From assembly GCA_963719085.1 (NCBI GenBank), contig CAVRAL010000005.1, positions 96,001 to 160,000 of the forward strand: 64,000 bases of DNA. Direction: 5' to 3'. The notes beneath the pieces were generated by a model, which worked only from the letters and a program-made list of their open reading frames with translations, was not told where the DNA came from and made no database searches. This document shows positions 9,851 through 19,019 of the stretch, one piece after another. Source of the stretch: a candidate division FCPU426 bacterium (GTDB lineage Bacteria > Oederibacteriota > Muellerivitia > Muellerivitales > Muellerivitaceae). The translations under genes and the position numbers were made by a program. Every line of letters starts with the position of its first letter. The stretch's first letter is position 1.

Positions 9851-10211
9851 GTAGCCTCCTGGATGAACCGAATGCCTGATTATCAAAAGCCCTCCCGATC
9901 GAAAGCAAGGCCCGGGCGGGCTTTATTAAAGGAAAGCGGTCCGCGCCGACCCGTTAAAGCTTTAACAGTCCCCCGTCTTACCGGGACATCTTCAAAAACG
10001 GCTCGTTTTTTAAACGAATTAATTTTTCAAAAAATAAACACCAAAGAAACACTCCGGCGTCTAAAAGAAGTGGGATAATTGATAGGAAGTTGTTTCTCTT
10101 TTTTAAAAGAACCAGCCCGCCCCCCTGCCCCTCAAGCCGGACGGACCTTTTCACCTTTTCCGTTCCAAGCCCCTCTCGGACTTCTGGAACCTCTTTTTTC
10201 GGAGGTGACTC

Positions 10212-10400
10212 ATGGACGACAAAAAAAACCTAATTGACGCTTATTTCACCCGCCATAAAAACCAGTGGAAGACCAAGATCCATCAAGAACTAAAAGCGGT
10301 GGTTTCCATCCATAAGTTTTTTAAGCCTTCCGCGGTCTATAAGCTGGATCGGCTGGATGACACGCCCACCGACGAAAAAAGACCTCGGAAACCTTCTTAA
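10212..10400 (+). CDS. Small hypothetical protein (62 aa)
   Basis: Strong GGAGGTG SD before the ATG; fills an intergenic gap. Confidence 0.55.
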   Translation: MDDKKNLIDAYFTRHKNQWKTKIHQELKAVVSIHKFFKPSAVYKLDRLDDTPTDEKRPRKPS

Positions 10401-10483
10401 ACCCAATCCGCTAAAAGCCGTTTAAACAGCCGGGGAATTGATTTTTCATTAAAACAAAAGTTGTCTTTTTAAAGGCTTCCGCC

Positions 10484-10512
10484 TTGAGTCCCCTGGGCCC
10501 CTCCACTATGAT
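10484..10512 (+). promoter_or_regulatory. Putative sigma70 promoter of the VIT1 gene
   Basis: TTGAGT-17 bp-TATGAT, 36 bp upstream of the ATG. Confidence 0.6.
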
Positions 10513-10548
10513 CGTCCCAAGTTTCGAGCCTAATTCCCGGGAGACACC

Positions 10549-11271
10549 ATGCCCCCCCATCACGCGCACCCCCATCATCACACCCATCACCACGAAAAGC
10601 ATAGCGGCAACACCATCGCCTTGCGGGACATTGTGGTCGGCTTTTCCGACGGCCTCACGGTCCCCTTCGCCTTGGCCGCGGGCCTCAGCGGCGCGGTTCA
10701 CAGCAACGCCATCATCATCACCGCCGGCATGGCGGAAATCGTGGCCGGCACCATTTCCATGGGGCTGGGCGGTTTTTTGGCCGGACAAACCGAGGTGGAA
10801 TATTACGCCGGCGAAAAGAAACGGGAAGAAAAAGAAGTAAAGGAAATACCCCAGGAAGAAGAAAAGGAAGTGAAGGAAATCCTCTCGGCTTACGGCATCT
10901 CGCCCAAGCTTCAAGACGAGGTGGCCTCCGAGCTCTCCAAAGACCATTCCAAATGGGTGGACTTCATGATGCGCTTTGAGCTGGGATTGGAAAAACCCGA
11001 TCCCCGTCAGGGTTTTTTCAGCGCCCTTCGGATCGGATTTTCCTATATGGCGGGGGGGTTGGTCCCCCTGTCGGCTTATTTTTTTTCCGCCGATCCCCTC
11101 CAGGGCCTCAAGGTTTCCGCCGCCATGACCATCGCGTCGCTGCTTTTATTCGGTTACTGGAAGGCCCAATTGAGCGGCCAGGATCGTCTAAAAAGCACCT
11201 TCACCGTGGCCTTCACGGGAATCGCCGCCGCGGGCGCGGCCTATTGGATCGCCCGCCTGATCAATCGTTGA
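10549..11271 (+). CDS. VIT1/CCC1-family Fe/Mn transporter with His-rich N-terminus
   Basis: RDIVVGFSDGLTVPFALAAGLSG, ISMGLGG, FMMRFELGLE. Confidence 0.93.
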   Translation: MPPHHAHPHHHTHHHEKHSGNTIALRDIVVGFSDGLTVPFALAAGLSGAVHSNAIIITAGMAEIVAGTISMGLGGFLAGQTEVEYYAGEKKREEKEVKEIPQEEEKEVKEILSAYGISPKLQDEVASELSKDHSKWVDFMMRFELGLEKPDPRQGFFSALRIGFSYMAGGLVPLSAYFFSADPLQGLKVSAAMTIASLLLFGYWKAQLSGQDRLKSTFTVAFTGIAAAGAAYWIARLINR

Positions 11272-11310
11272 TCCGCGATTTTCCCATCCTCGTTCATAAA
11301 GGACAAATTC

Positions 11311-11883
11311 ATGCCGACAAAATCAAATTTCTCCAGCGATCGGCCGACCCGTATTTTTCAAGTTCTTCAGTTGACCGCCAATATTTTCACCGTGGTCGGG
11401 GTCTTTATCGCGATTTCCCAAACCAGCGGGACCAATAACATCGTCAACGCCATTTACCAATCCCAGGAAAAGATCGCCTCCTACCGGCTGCTGGCGGTCA
11501 AAACCGAGATCGAGTCGAATTTAAAGATCATCGATCTCGGGCTCCAAGGAAAAAATCAGTACGAGTCCGGTTATAAAATCCCCGAATTACCGCTCTCCAC
11601 CACCGCTTATTTCGCCAGCCCCACGATTTTCAAACTGGACCATCTCAATGAGGCCGAAAACCAAAAAATAAACCTTGAGATCGCCCAAATTTACCCGCTT
11701 TGGCAAATGGCGAACTCCTTGATTCAAACCAATATGCAAATTTTATTATCGAGCAACAATCTGGATCCCGGCTTGAAACAGCGTTATCTAGTCGCGAACA
11801 ATGACAACATCCTCAAAATTTTCGAGAAGACCCGGGACATGGCCGCCGATATTGATCAAAAGATCGGCGGCGAAGCGATTTGA
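11311..11883 (+). CDS. Hypothetical protein, single N-terminal TM
   Basis: 190-aa ORF with AAGGA SD; its stop overlaps the next gene's TTG start. Confidence 0.65.
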   Translation: MPTKSNFSSDRPTRIFQVLQLTANIFTVVGVFIAISQTSGTNNIVNAIYQSQEKIASYRLLAVKTEIESNLKIIDLGLQGKNQYESGYKIPELPLSTTAYFASPTIFKLDHLNEAENQKINLEIAQIYPLWQMANSLIQTNMQILLSSNNLDPGLKQRYLVANNDNILKIFEKTRDMAADIDQKIGGEAI

Positions 11884-12704
11884 GCTCCATCCCCGGCCGG
11901 CCGGCCAGCCCTTTCGCCATTCAAACCCGGGATTTGACCCGGGCCTTCGGCGCCATGACCGCCTTGGACCACCTCAACTTAACCGTCGACCAGGGAAAAA
12001 TTTTCGGGCTGCTCGGTCCCAACGGCGCCGGCAAGAGCACCACCATCAAGATGCTCACCACGCTCCTGGAACCCACCTCCGGAACCGCGACGGTCGCCGG
12101 TTTTGACATTGTGGGTGATCCCGCGCGGGTGCGCCGAAGCATCGGCTATGTCCCCCAAGCGCTGTCCGCCGATGGAGCCTTGACGGGTTTTGAGAATCTG
12201 CGGCTTTCCGCCAGGCTTTACGGGATTCCGGGTCCTGAACGGCTGTCACGGATCGAGGAATCCCTCGCCTTCATGAGCTTGGAGGATTCCCGAAACAAAC
12301 TCGTCAAACAATACTCCGGCGGCATGATCCGGCGCCTGGAACTGGCGCAGGCCATGCTCCATCGCCCTTCGATTCTTTTTTTGGATGAGCCCACCATCGG
12401 ACTGGATCCGGTGGCCCGCCAGAGCGTCTGGGACAGGCTCCATGACCTGAATCAAACCTACCGGATGACCATCCTCATTACCACCCATGACATGGTTGAG
12501 GCCGATAACTTGTGCGATGAATTGGCCCTGCTCCACCAGGGAACGGTGGCGGTGACGGGGAAACCCGCCGAGCTTAAAAAAAACCTGGGCCCGGACGCCG
12601 ATCTTAACGATGTTTTCGCCCATTACGCCGGCAGCACCATTCAGGAAGGAGGCAATTACCGTGACGCCCAACAATCCCGCCGCGCCGCCAGCCGGCATAG
12701 CTGA
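11880..12704 (+). CDS. DrrA-family ABC exporter ATPase
   Basis: GPNGAGKST, YSGGMIRRLE, LFLDEPTIGLDP. Confidence 0.92.
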   Translation: MSSIPGRPASPFAIQTRDLTRAFGAMTALDHLNLTVDQGKIFGLLGPNGAGKSTTIKMLTTLLEPTSGTATVAGFDIVGDPARVRRSIGYVPQALSADGALTGFENLRLSARLYGIPGPERLSRIEESLAFMSLEDSRNKLVKQYSGGMIRRLELAQAMLHRPSILFLDEPTIGLDPVARQSVWDRLHDLNQTYRMTILITTHDMVEADNLCDELALLHQGTVAVTGKPAELKKNLGPDADLNDVFAHYAGSTIQEGGNYRDAQQSRRAASRHS

Positions 12705-13491
12705 ACCGGGTTCGGATCTTAAGCCCCGCTACCTGGACCAGGTCTTGGCCATCGCGGATACCGAAATCCTTAAAATCCGCCGGGACCCGGTTGAGCTTCT
12801 TACCCGGGCCGCCCAACCCATCCTCTGGCTTCTGGTCTTCGGCCAGGTCCTGGGCCGGGTGAAAGGAATCTCAACCGGCACCGAAAACTACCTGGCCTTT
12901 TTCGCCCCCGGCGTCCTGGCCCAAAGCGTTCTTTTCAGCGCCATCTTTTACGGCATCGCCGTCATTTGGGAAAGGGATTTGGGGATCATCCACAAATTAT
13001 TGGTCAGCCCCGCGCCCCGCAGTACCTTGGTTTTGGGCAAAGCCATCGCCTCCGGCCTCCGGGGTTTGGTCCAAGCCGTGATTATTTATCTCGTGGTATT
13101 GCTGGCCGGGATTCCGGTCAGTTTGAATCCCCTGGATGTGGCGGGCGTATTCGCGGCGGTCCTATTGGGATCGGCGATTTTCTCGACTTTTTCCCTGATC
13201 GTCGCCTGCTGGGTCAAGACCCGTGAAAAGTTCATGGGCATCGGCCAGCTTTTGACCATGCCGCTTTTTTTCGCCAGCAACGCCATTTACCCCCTCACGC
13301 TCATGCCGGGTTGGCTGCAAACCATCGCCCGTTTGAATCCCCTGACCTACCTGGTGGACGCCTGCCGGAGTTTGATGATCCCCGGAACGATCGGCATGAC
13401 AAGCCTGCCGGTGGATTTTGCCGTGATGGCGCTCGTATTGGCCGTCATGGTGGTCATCGCCACTAAAATCTATCCCAACCTGATCCGGTAA
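12661..13491 (+). CDS. ABC-2 (DrrB-like) permease
   Basis: QPILWLLVFG, PLFFASNAIYP, NPLTYLVD; GTG start at 12661 inferred. Confidence 0.9.
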   Translation: MTPNNPAAPPAGIAEPGSDLKPRYLDQVLAIADTEILKIRRDPVELLTRAAQPILWLLVFGQVLGRVKGISTGTENYLAFFAPGVLAQSVLFSAIFYGIAVIWERDLGIIHKLLVSPAPRSTLVLGKAIASGLRGLVQAVIIYLVVLLAGIPVSLNPLDVAGVFAAVLLGSAIFSTFSLIVACWVKTREKFMGIGQLLTMPLFFASNAIYPLTLMPGWLQTIARLNPLTYLVDACRSLMIPGTIGMTSLPVDFAVMALVLAVMVVIATKIYPNLIR

Positions 13492-13493
13492 TA

Positions 13494-13536
13494 AAAAAAG
13501 CCCCGTCATTTGGTTCATCCCAAATGACGGGGCTTT
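13494..13536. terminator. Bidirectional terminator
   Basis: AAAGCCCCGTCATTTG...CAAATGACGGGGCTTT between convergent genes. Confidence 0.8.
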
Positions 13537-13587
13537 AATCACGCTTTTAAAATTCAAGCCTTTCTCGGCCCAAACGGATTTTACTGA

Positions 13588-14895
13588 TTATTGGCTTTGA
13601 GTAGACCCATCCGGCGGAGCCGGAGGCGCGGCCACCCCATTGTCCTGCGCGTCTTGGTCGGCGTCATAACTACCGGGATTGTAGGTGTTGCCTTCCGCGT
13701 CAAACATGTCGAAAGTGCCGTCCCCCAAGGACAGGACGATTTCCAAAGGCCTTCCCGGGTTGCTGGAAAACTGCACATTGGAAACTTTCGAGGCCAGGTA
13801 GATCGGCGCGAAGGAGGGCGTCGCGGCCGTGTCGTACAGGAAGGCGTCCTGCGAATCACCCATCACCTTGACCTGCCGGGTTCCGTCCGGGCTGGTGTAA
13901 ACCACCCCGTTGCCGGATGGATTATTGACGGTTACGACAATCTGGTCCTCCGCCGAGTTGCAAGGAACATAGGCGTCGTCGTTATAACAGTAGAGATCGC
14001 CGACATGGGCCGGATCCTGCCACCACCAGAAGCCCGCGTTCCAGAAGCACCAACGGTTGTAATCCGTGTCATACCACCACCAGCGGTTCGCGTAATTGCG
14101 GGTCCAGAAACATTGGGATCCCACGTACCAGCCATACCAGTGGTAGCCCCAATCATCCACATAGTGGCAGTAATTAAACCCATTGTCCGTATGCCAATAG
14201 TAATGATCGCGTTGAATTTCAATCTGGTTGTATTGGATCACCCTTTGGCGCATGGAACTCTGGAAGACAATCTTCATCTGGTTACGAACCACCGGGTCAT
14301 TGTAATGCCGGGACGAAATGGCGACCGCGCTCAGGCGTCCGCCTTGGGGACCGGTTTGGGGAAAACGAATCGTGGAATGAGCCCGGTCCGTATCGATAAT
14401 CTCCTGCCGGTCGGTGATGTAGCCGGGCTCTTTCGTCACGCCGATCTTTTGAAGCCTCTGGCGCACATAGCCGGCCGTATAGGGATGATGATGGACCGCC
14501 GCCGCGGCCTGGGTGCCCGCCGGCGCGTAAGAACGGATGTTTTGCTGCTGCTGCTGGTAATTATGGGTTTGGACGCCATAGGTACCGTTGGACGACGGGG
14601 CCTTCGAGCCATTCCAATGGACTTGGCCGTAGGTCGGCGCCTGGTTGGCCGCCGGTTTGGGAGCCTGATTGAAATTACGGTTATTCGTCCCGCTGCCCGA
14701 ATGGGAGAGGTCGATATGGACCGGGTGAAAGTTTTTCGCGGGGGCCGAATGAGCCGGGCGGACCGCCGGCGCGGAATGATTGCCCCCACCCCTAGAAACG
14801 GGGTTCGAATGGTTGCCGCCTCCCGCGCGATTATCAGCCCAGGCGGGGAAACTGACCGCCAAAAGCGCCAGTAAAAAAGCCAAATTTCGTTTCAT
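13588..14895 (-). CDS. Secreted hypothetical protein with Trp/Tyr-rich core
   Basis: Signal peptide MKRNLAFLLALLAVSFPAWA; low-complexity N-terminal half; aromatic-rich centre. Confidence 0.8.
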   Translation of the reverse strand: MKRNLAFLLALLAVSFPAWADNRAGGGNHSNPVSRGGGNHSAPAVRPAHSAPAKNFHPVHIDLSHSGSGTNNRNFNQAPKPAANQAPTYGQVHWNGSKAPSSNGTYGVQTHNYQQQQQNIRSYAPAGTQAAAAVHHHPYTAGYVRQRLQKIGVTKEPGYITDRQEIIDTDRAHSTIRFPQTGPQGGRLSAVAISSRHYNDPVVRNQMKIVFQSSMRQRVIQYNQIEIQRDHYYWHTDNGFNYCHYVDDWGYHWYGWYVGSQCFWTRNYANRWWWYDTDYNRWCFWNAGFWWWQDPAHVGDLYCYNDDAYVPCNSAEDQIVVTVNNPSGNGVVYTSPDGTRQVKVMGDSQDAFLYDTAATPSFAPIYLASKVSNVQFSSNPGRPLEIVLSLGDGTFDMFDAEGNTYNPGSYDADQDAQDNGVAAPPAPPDGSTQSQ

Positions 14896-15105
14896 CGCTT
14901 CCTCTTTCTTGCGACTCAAAAATGCTGTAATAAATGCCTTCGATAGGTTAGACGAACCAAGGTTCCAAAAAGAAGCAGAATTTTCGGTGGATTATTTTTT
15001 TCGGCCATTTTAAAGAGATTTAAAAAAGATACCCCGGCTAGTGGCTTCCCGAAAATATGAATTCGGAACTATGCCTTTGACAAAGCAGGCAAGGCCCGTC
15101 TTTTG

Positions 15106-15181
15106 AAACAATGATAAATGCGGATGAAGACTGATGTTTGAAACACAAAAATCGGGCTTTATCAGCCTTCATCAATGTTTT
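15106..15181. repeat. Degenerate copy of the 3792 inverted-repeat element
   Basis: AACAATGATAAATGCGGATGAAGACTGAT ... ATCAGCCTTCATCAATGTT resembles the arms at 3792-3889. Confidence 0.6.
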
Positions 15182-15221
15182 AACAGCTCTTGCTTTGCGA
15201 AGTGAATGATTCCGTATGAAT

Positions 15222-16172
15222 TTAATCACCGATATAACCCTTGGCGTTTTCCTGGAACTTAAACCGCGCGGCGCCTTCATCCAGTGAAGGATCTTCCGGA
15301 AAGCGGTGTCCCGTAATCCAAATTAAATTATCTTTATCCAGTCGATAAAGATCGGTCCAGGTGATTCCCCGCCCGGTCTGGGTAATCGCTAAGTAACTTT
15401 TTCCCGCCCATTGAAAAGCTTGGTCGATTTGGTTGTGGGGCAATCGGTTCCAAACCCGCAATTGGTCCCCCACCCGGCAAAGCACGGTCTGGTTGGTTTG
15501 TTTGGTGGGGTACTTATATTTCAGCTCAAGCCATTCGATGCCGGACGCCTTATCGCAAAAAGATTGGCCGTAATTCGACTCGGTCATCCAGCGTTTGATT
15601 TGCCAATCCGGCGGCGGATTTTTCAAGCCCGCCAGCATTTGGGTGAATATCTGCTGGGATGAATATTCGGGAAGGAGAATGGGGCCAAAGTCCGTGGCGC
15701 GGTCCGAAGCGACCGTTCGCGGCGAGGAAGAAGCGTCCTCCAAATAAACCGCCCGTTCGGTCCAACGGCTGGTGCCGTCAAGGGTGGCGGGCAAAGAGGC
15801 GGCCTCAAAATGAAACCAAGCGCAAACCGGGATTTTACCGATTATTTTTTGCGCTTTGAACCCGCCGACCTCGACGCTTCCCCGGCAAACCGAGTCATAA
15901 AAGACCCAAAGCTTTTCATTTTTCAGGGGTGACAGCGAAAGCGAGGGCGCCAAGTCATGGGGAAATGCCCCCATGGTCTTTTTCATCCGTTGGAGCAGGG
16001 CCGCTTCCCGGCGTTCTTCGCGCGCCGTGTCGCCCTCCCGGGGAGCGCACCCCTGGACTTCCACAAGACGGTCCAGGAAAAACCGGGGCGCCGGCTGGGC
16101 GAAGGCCGCATCGCCGACGAACCAGGCGAGAATCAACGCCCCTGCCGCGAAGCCGATTTCTTTTCGAAACAT
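15222..16172 (-). CDS. Secreted hypothetical protein
   Basis: Long ORF with signal peptide directly downstream of the GH94 gene; no family recognised. Confidence 0.7.
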   Translation of the reverse strand: MFRKEIGFAAGALILAWFVGDAAFAQPAPRFFLDRLVEVQGCAPREGDTAREERREAALLQRMKKTMGAFPHDLAPSLSLSPLKNEKLWVFYDSVCRGSVEVGGFKAQKIIGKIPVCAWFHFEAASLPATLDGTSRWTERAVYLEDASSSPRTVASDRATDFGPILLPEYSSQQIFTQMLAGLKNPPPDWQIKRWMTESNYGQSFCDKASGIEWLELKYKYPTKQTNQTVLCRVGDQLRVWNRLPHNQIDQAFQWAGKSYLAITQTGRGITWTDLYRLDKDNLIWITGHRFPEDPSLDEGAARFKFQENAKGYIGD

Positions 16173-16198
16173 CCTGAACCCCAAATCTTTTTAACGGC

Positions 16199-18643
16199 TT
16201 ATTGGCCCAAAACCACTTCGACCTGGACGCTTTTCTTATTCTTGGCCGGCGGAATGATGTCGCCTTGAACGGTTTGTCCGTCCACCTTGATCGACTTCAC
16301 CCCCCGGGACAAACCCTTTGGGTTTGAGACCGTGATTTTATATTCCACACCCCGGTATTCCCGCGTGACCTTAAATTCTTTCCAACCCTTCGGGACGCAA
16401 GGATCAATCCTCAGGCCGACAAAATCCGGCTTCACCCCGAGCAAACCTTGGGACACCGTCAAGAAGGTCCAGGCCGCGGTTCCGGTCAACCAGGAATTTT
16501 TCGCCTCGCCCGGCGTGGCCGCGTCCCGGCCCGCGATCATCTGGGCGTAGACATAAGGCTCGCTTCGGTAGGTCTCAATCTGTTCCTCTTTGGCCGAGGG
16601 GCAAATCGAAAGATAATATTCCAAGGCCCGGTCCCCTTCGCCGAGCAAACACCAACCCAGATTGATCCAGGTATTGTTATGGCAGAAAATGCCGGCGTTT
16701 TCTTTATAGCCCGGCGGATAGCTGGTCACTTCACCCAATTCCAAGTGATAGGTGCTGTAGGCCGGCTGTTGGAGAATGACGCCGTTGGACGTGTAGAGAA
16801 GCTTGTGGACGCTTTCCAGGGCCTGCTGGGCCCGTCCATTATTCATCCCCGCCCCGCCCAACACGCACCAGCCCTGGCTTTCGATGAAAATTTTGCCTTC
16901 CTCGCAAACTTTGGAACCTACCGGGTTCCCCTTGGCGTCAAAAGCGCGGGTATACCATTCACCATCCCAAGCCTGCTCCTCCACCACTTTCAACATGTCG
17001 TCATAGGCCTTTTGAAGGCGGCTTTGGTCTTGGGCCTTCCCCATATACTTATAGAGCGAAACCATTTCCCGCGACGCGTAAAGGAAAAGCCCGGCGATCA
17101 TGACGGATTCCGCCTTGGACCCCTTCACGTCGCCCGCGGTCTGGAAGGACTCGTTTGGCTCGGTGGAAAAGCAATTTAGGTTCAAGCAATCGTTCCAATC
17201 AGCGTGCCCGATCAAGGGTAGACCATGATCCCCCCGGTTTTTCAAGGTGTAAGCGATGCTGGTTTCCAAATGATGAAGCAGGTTTTCTTTGCTTCCCGGC
17301 TTATCGGCGTAACCCACCGGCTCTTCCAAAATCGAAAGGTCGCCCGTTTCTTTTATATAGGCGCAAGTGGACAGGATCAGCCAAAGATGGTCGTCATAAA
17401 AGTCGCCGCCCACCTCAGCGTTCCCCTTTTTGGTGAGAGGTTGGTATTGGTGGTAGCAGGTTCCATCGGACAATTGGGTGCCCGCGATATCTAAAATCCG
17501 CTGGCGGGCCCGGCCCGGAATCAGGTGTACGAAGCCGAGCAAATCCTGGTTGCTGTCACGAAAACCCATGCCCCGGCCGATGCCCGTCTCATAAAGGCTC
17601 GCCGAACGGGACAAATTGAATGTGGCCATACATTGATACTGGTTCCAAGTGTTGAGCATCCGCTGGGCGTGCGGGTCGGGGCAATCCACCTGGAACTTGG
17701 ACAAAAGCCCCTGCCACATACCTTGGATGGACTTCAAAGCCTCATCCACCGCGCCGGCCTTTTGATACTTGGCCAAAAGCGCTTGGCCCTTCGATTTGTT
17801 CATCACAAAAGGCTTGTCGAATTTCGGAAGCTCACCTTGATCCACGTAAGCCAAAAGGAACGAAAAGCTTTCCGAAGCGCCGGGCGCCAGCTTTAAATGA
17901 ATCTCGTGGGAGCCGATCGGGTTCCACCCATGGGCCACGCTTTTCGCCGACTTTCCGGCGAAAGGAACGGCGGCTTCATGCAAGCCGTTATGAACGCCCA
18001 CGAAAGCGTCCCGGGAGGTGTCAAAGCCGGCGACTTCCTTCGTACAGGCGAAAAGCGCGTAGTGGTTGCGGCGTTCGCGGTATTCGGTTTTGTGATAAAT
18101 GGCCGAGCCCTCCACTTCCACCTCGCCGATGGAATAGGTCCGCTGATAGTTCGTCATGTCGTTCAAAGCCTCGAACAGGCAGAACTCCACATAAGAATAA
18201 AGCTTGAGGTCTTTCACCGTCTTGCCCGTGTTCGTGACGGTCGTTTTCCAAATTTCAACGTTTTCGCCCGGAGGCACAAAGAACAACATCTCGACTTCCA
18301 CGCCGCCCTTGGCGCCCAAAATTTTGGTGTAGCCCAGCCCATGGCGGCATTCGTATTTGTCCAGCTTGGCCTTTACCGGTTTCCAACCCGGATTCCAGAC
18401 CGAACCACCGTCATTGACGTAAAGGTAGCGCCCGCCCAAGTCCATCGGCACATTGTTGTAGCGGTAGCGGGTCAATCGGCGAAGCTTGGCGTCCTTCCAA
18501 AAGGTGTAGCCGCCGGCGGTATTGGTGCAAAGCCCGAAAAACTCGTCCTGGCCCAAGTAGTTGAGCCAAGGCAGGGGCGTATCGGGCCGGGTAATCACAT
18601 ATTCCCGGTTGGAATCGTCGAAATGGCCATAGGGGTTTTTCAC
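16199..18643 (-). CDS. GH94 glycoside phosphorylase, most likely cellobiose phosphorylase
   Basis: EYVITRPDTP, GRGMGFRDSNQDLLG, ADWNDCLNL, KENAGIFCH, SWLTGTAAW. Confidence 0.92.
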   Translation of the reverse strand: MKNPYGHFDDSNREYVITRPDTPLPWLNYLGQDEFFGLCTNTAGGYTFWKDAKLRRLTRYRYNNVPMDLGGRYLYVNDGGSVWNPGWKPVKAKLDKYECRHGLGYTKILGAKGGVEVEMLFFVPPGENVEIWKTTVTNTGKTVKDLKLYSYVEFCLFEALNDMTNYQRTYSIGEVEVEGSAIYHKTEYRERRNHYALFACTKEVAGFDTSRDAFVGVHNGLHEAAVPFAGKSAKSVAHGWNPIGSHEIHLKLAPGASESFSFLLAYVDQGELPKFDKPFVMNKSKGQALLAKYQKAGAVDEALKSIQGMWQGLLSKFQVDCPDPHAQRMLNTWNQYQCMATFNLSRSASLYETGIGRGMGFRDSNQDLLGFVHLIPGRARQRILDIAGTQLSDGTCYHQYQPLTKKGNAEVGGDFYDDHLWLILSTCAYIKETGDLSILEEPVGYADKPGSKENLLHHLETSIAYTLKNRGDHGLPLIGHADWNDCLNLNCFSTEPNESFQTAGDVKGSKAESVMIAGLFLYASREMVSLYKYMGKAQDQSRLQKAYDDMLKVVEEQAWDGEWYTRAFDAKGNPVGSKVCEEGKIFIESQGWCVLGGAGMNNGRAQQALESVHKLLYTSNGVILQQPAYSTYHLELGEVTSYPPGYKENAGIFCHNNTWINLGWCLLGEGDRALEYYLSICPSAKEEQIETYRSEPYVYAQMIAGRDAATPGEAKNSWLTGTAAWTFLTVSQGLLGVKPDFVGLRIDPCVPKGWKEFKVTREYRGVEYKITVSNPKGLSRGVKSIKVDGQTVQGDIIPPAKNKKSVQVEVVLGQ

Positions 18644-18727
18644 GCGAGCTCCTTGAGGATAAAGGGTTGGTGGACAAGGGATTTTACAGGGAGGGCCGGG
18701 TGGAGACCAGCCGATTTTTTAGCCGCA

Positions 18728-18756
18728 TTGACTTCCCCCTTTATTCCTGCTTCAAT
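18728..18756 (+). promoter_or_regulatory. Putative sigma70 promoter of the ilvA leader
   Basis: TTGACT-17 bp-TTCAAT; predicted +1 falls on the leader ATG at 18763. Confidence 0.5.
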
Positions 18757-18762
18757 CAACCC

Positions 18763-18837
18763 ATGAGCCGCCCAAACCCTATCCTCATTCGAATTACCAA
18801 AGCCTCCTTCGGGCGCCGGGATGGTTTCCGCTTTTAG
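18763..18837 (+). CDS. ilvA attenuator leader peptide (24 aa)
   Basis: MSRPNPILIRITKASFGRRDGFRF*, with an Ile/Leu/Thr cluster, followed by a terminator. Confidence 0.7.
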   Translation: MSRPNPILIRITKASFGRRDGFRF

Positions 18838-18857
18838 TGTGACCTTTACTCACCTTC

Positions 18858-18897
18858 AAGCCCATCCCCGGACTCCCGGGGGTGGGCTTTTTCGTTT
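18858..18897 (+). terminator. Attenuator terminator upstream of ilvA
   Basis: AAGCCCATCCCCGG-ACTC-CCGGGGGTGGGCTT followed by TTTCGTTT. Confidence 0.82.
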
Positions 18898-19019
18898 GCG
18901 GACAAAAAAAGCCTGGATTTTTAAAAACCCTAATTCATCGGACAATATTGAAACCGAATATAAAAAATGAGCGGGAGCACAAGCCGGCGGTGTAATTTTT
19001 AATTCGTCAGGAGCTTTTC

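Noticed and set aside
13591..14874. 427-aa plus-strand ORF
   Set aside because: In-register antisense shadow of the minus-strand gene, which has the signal peptide and SD.
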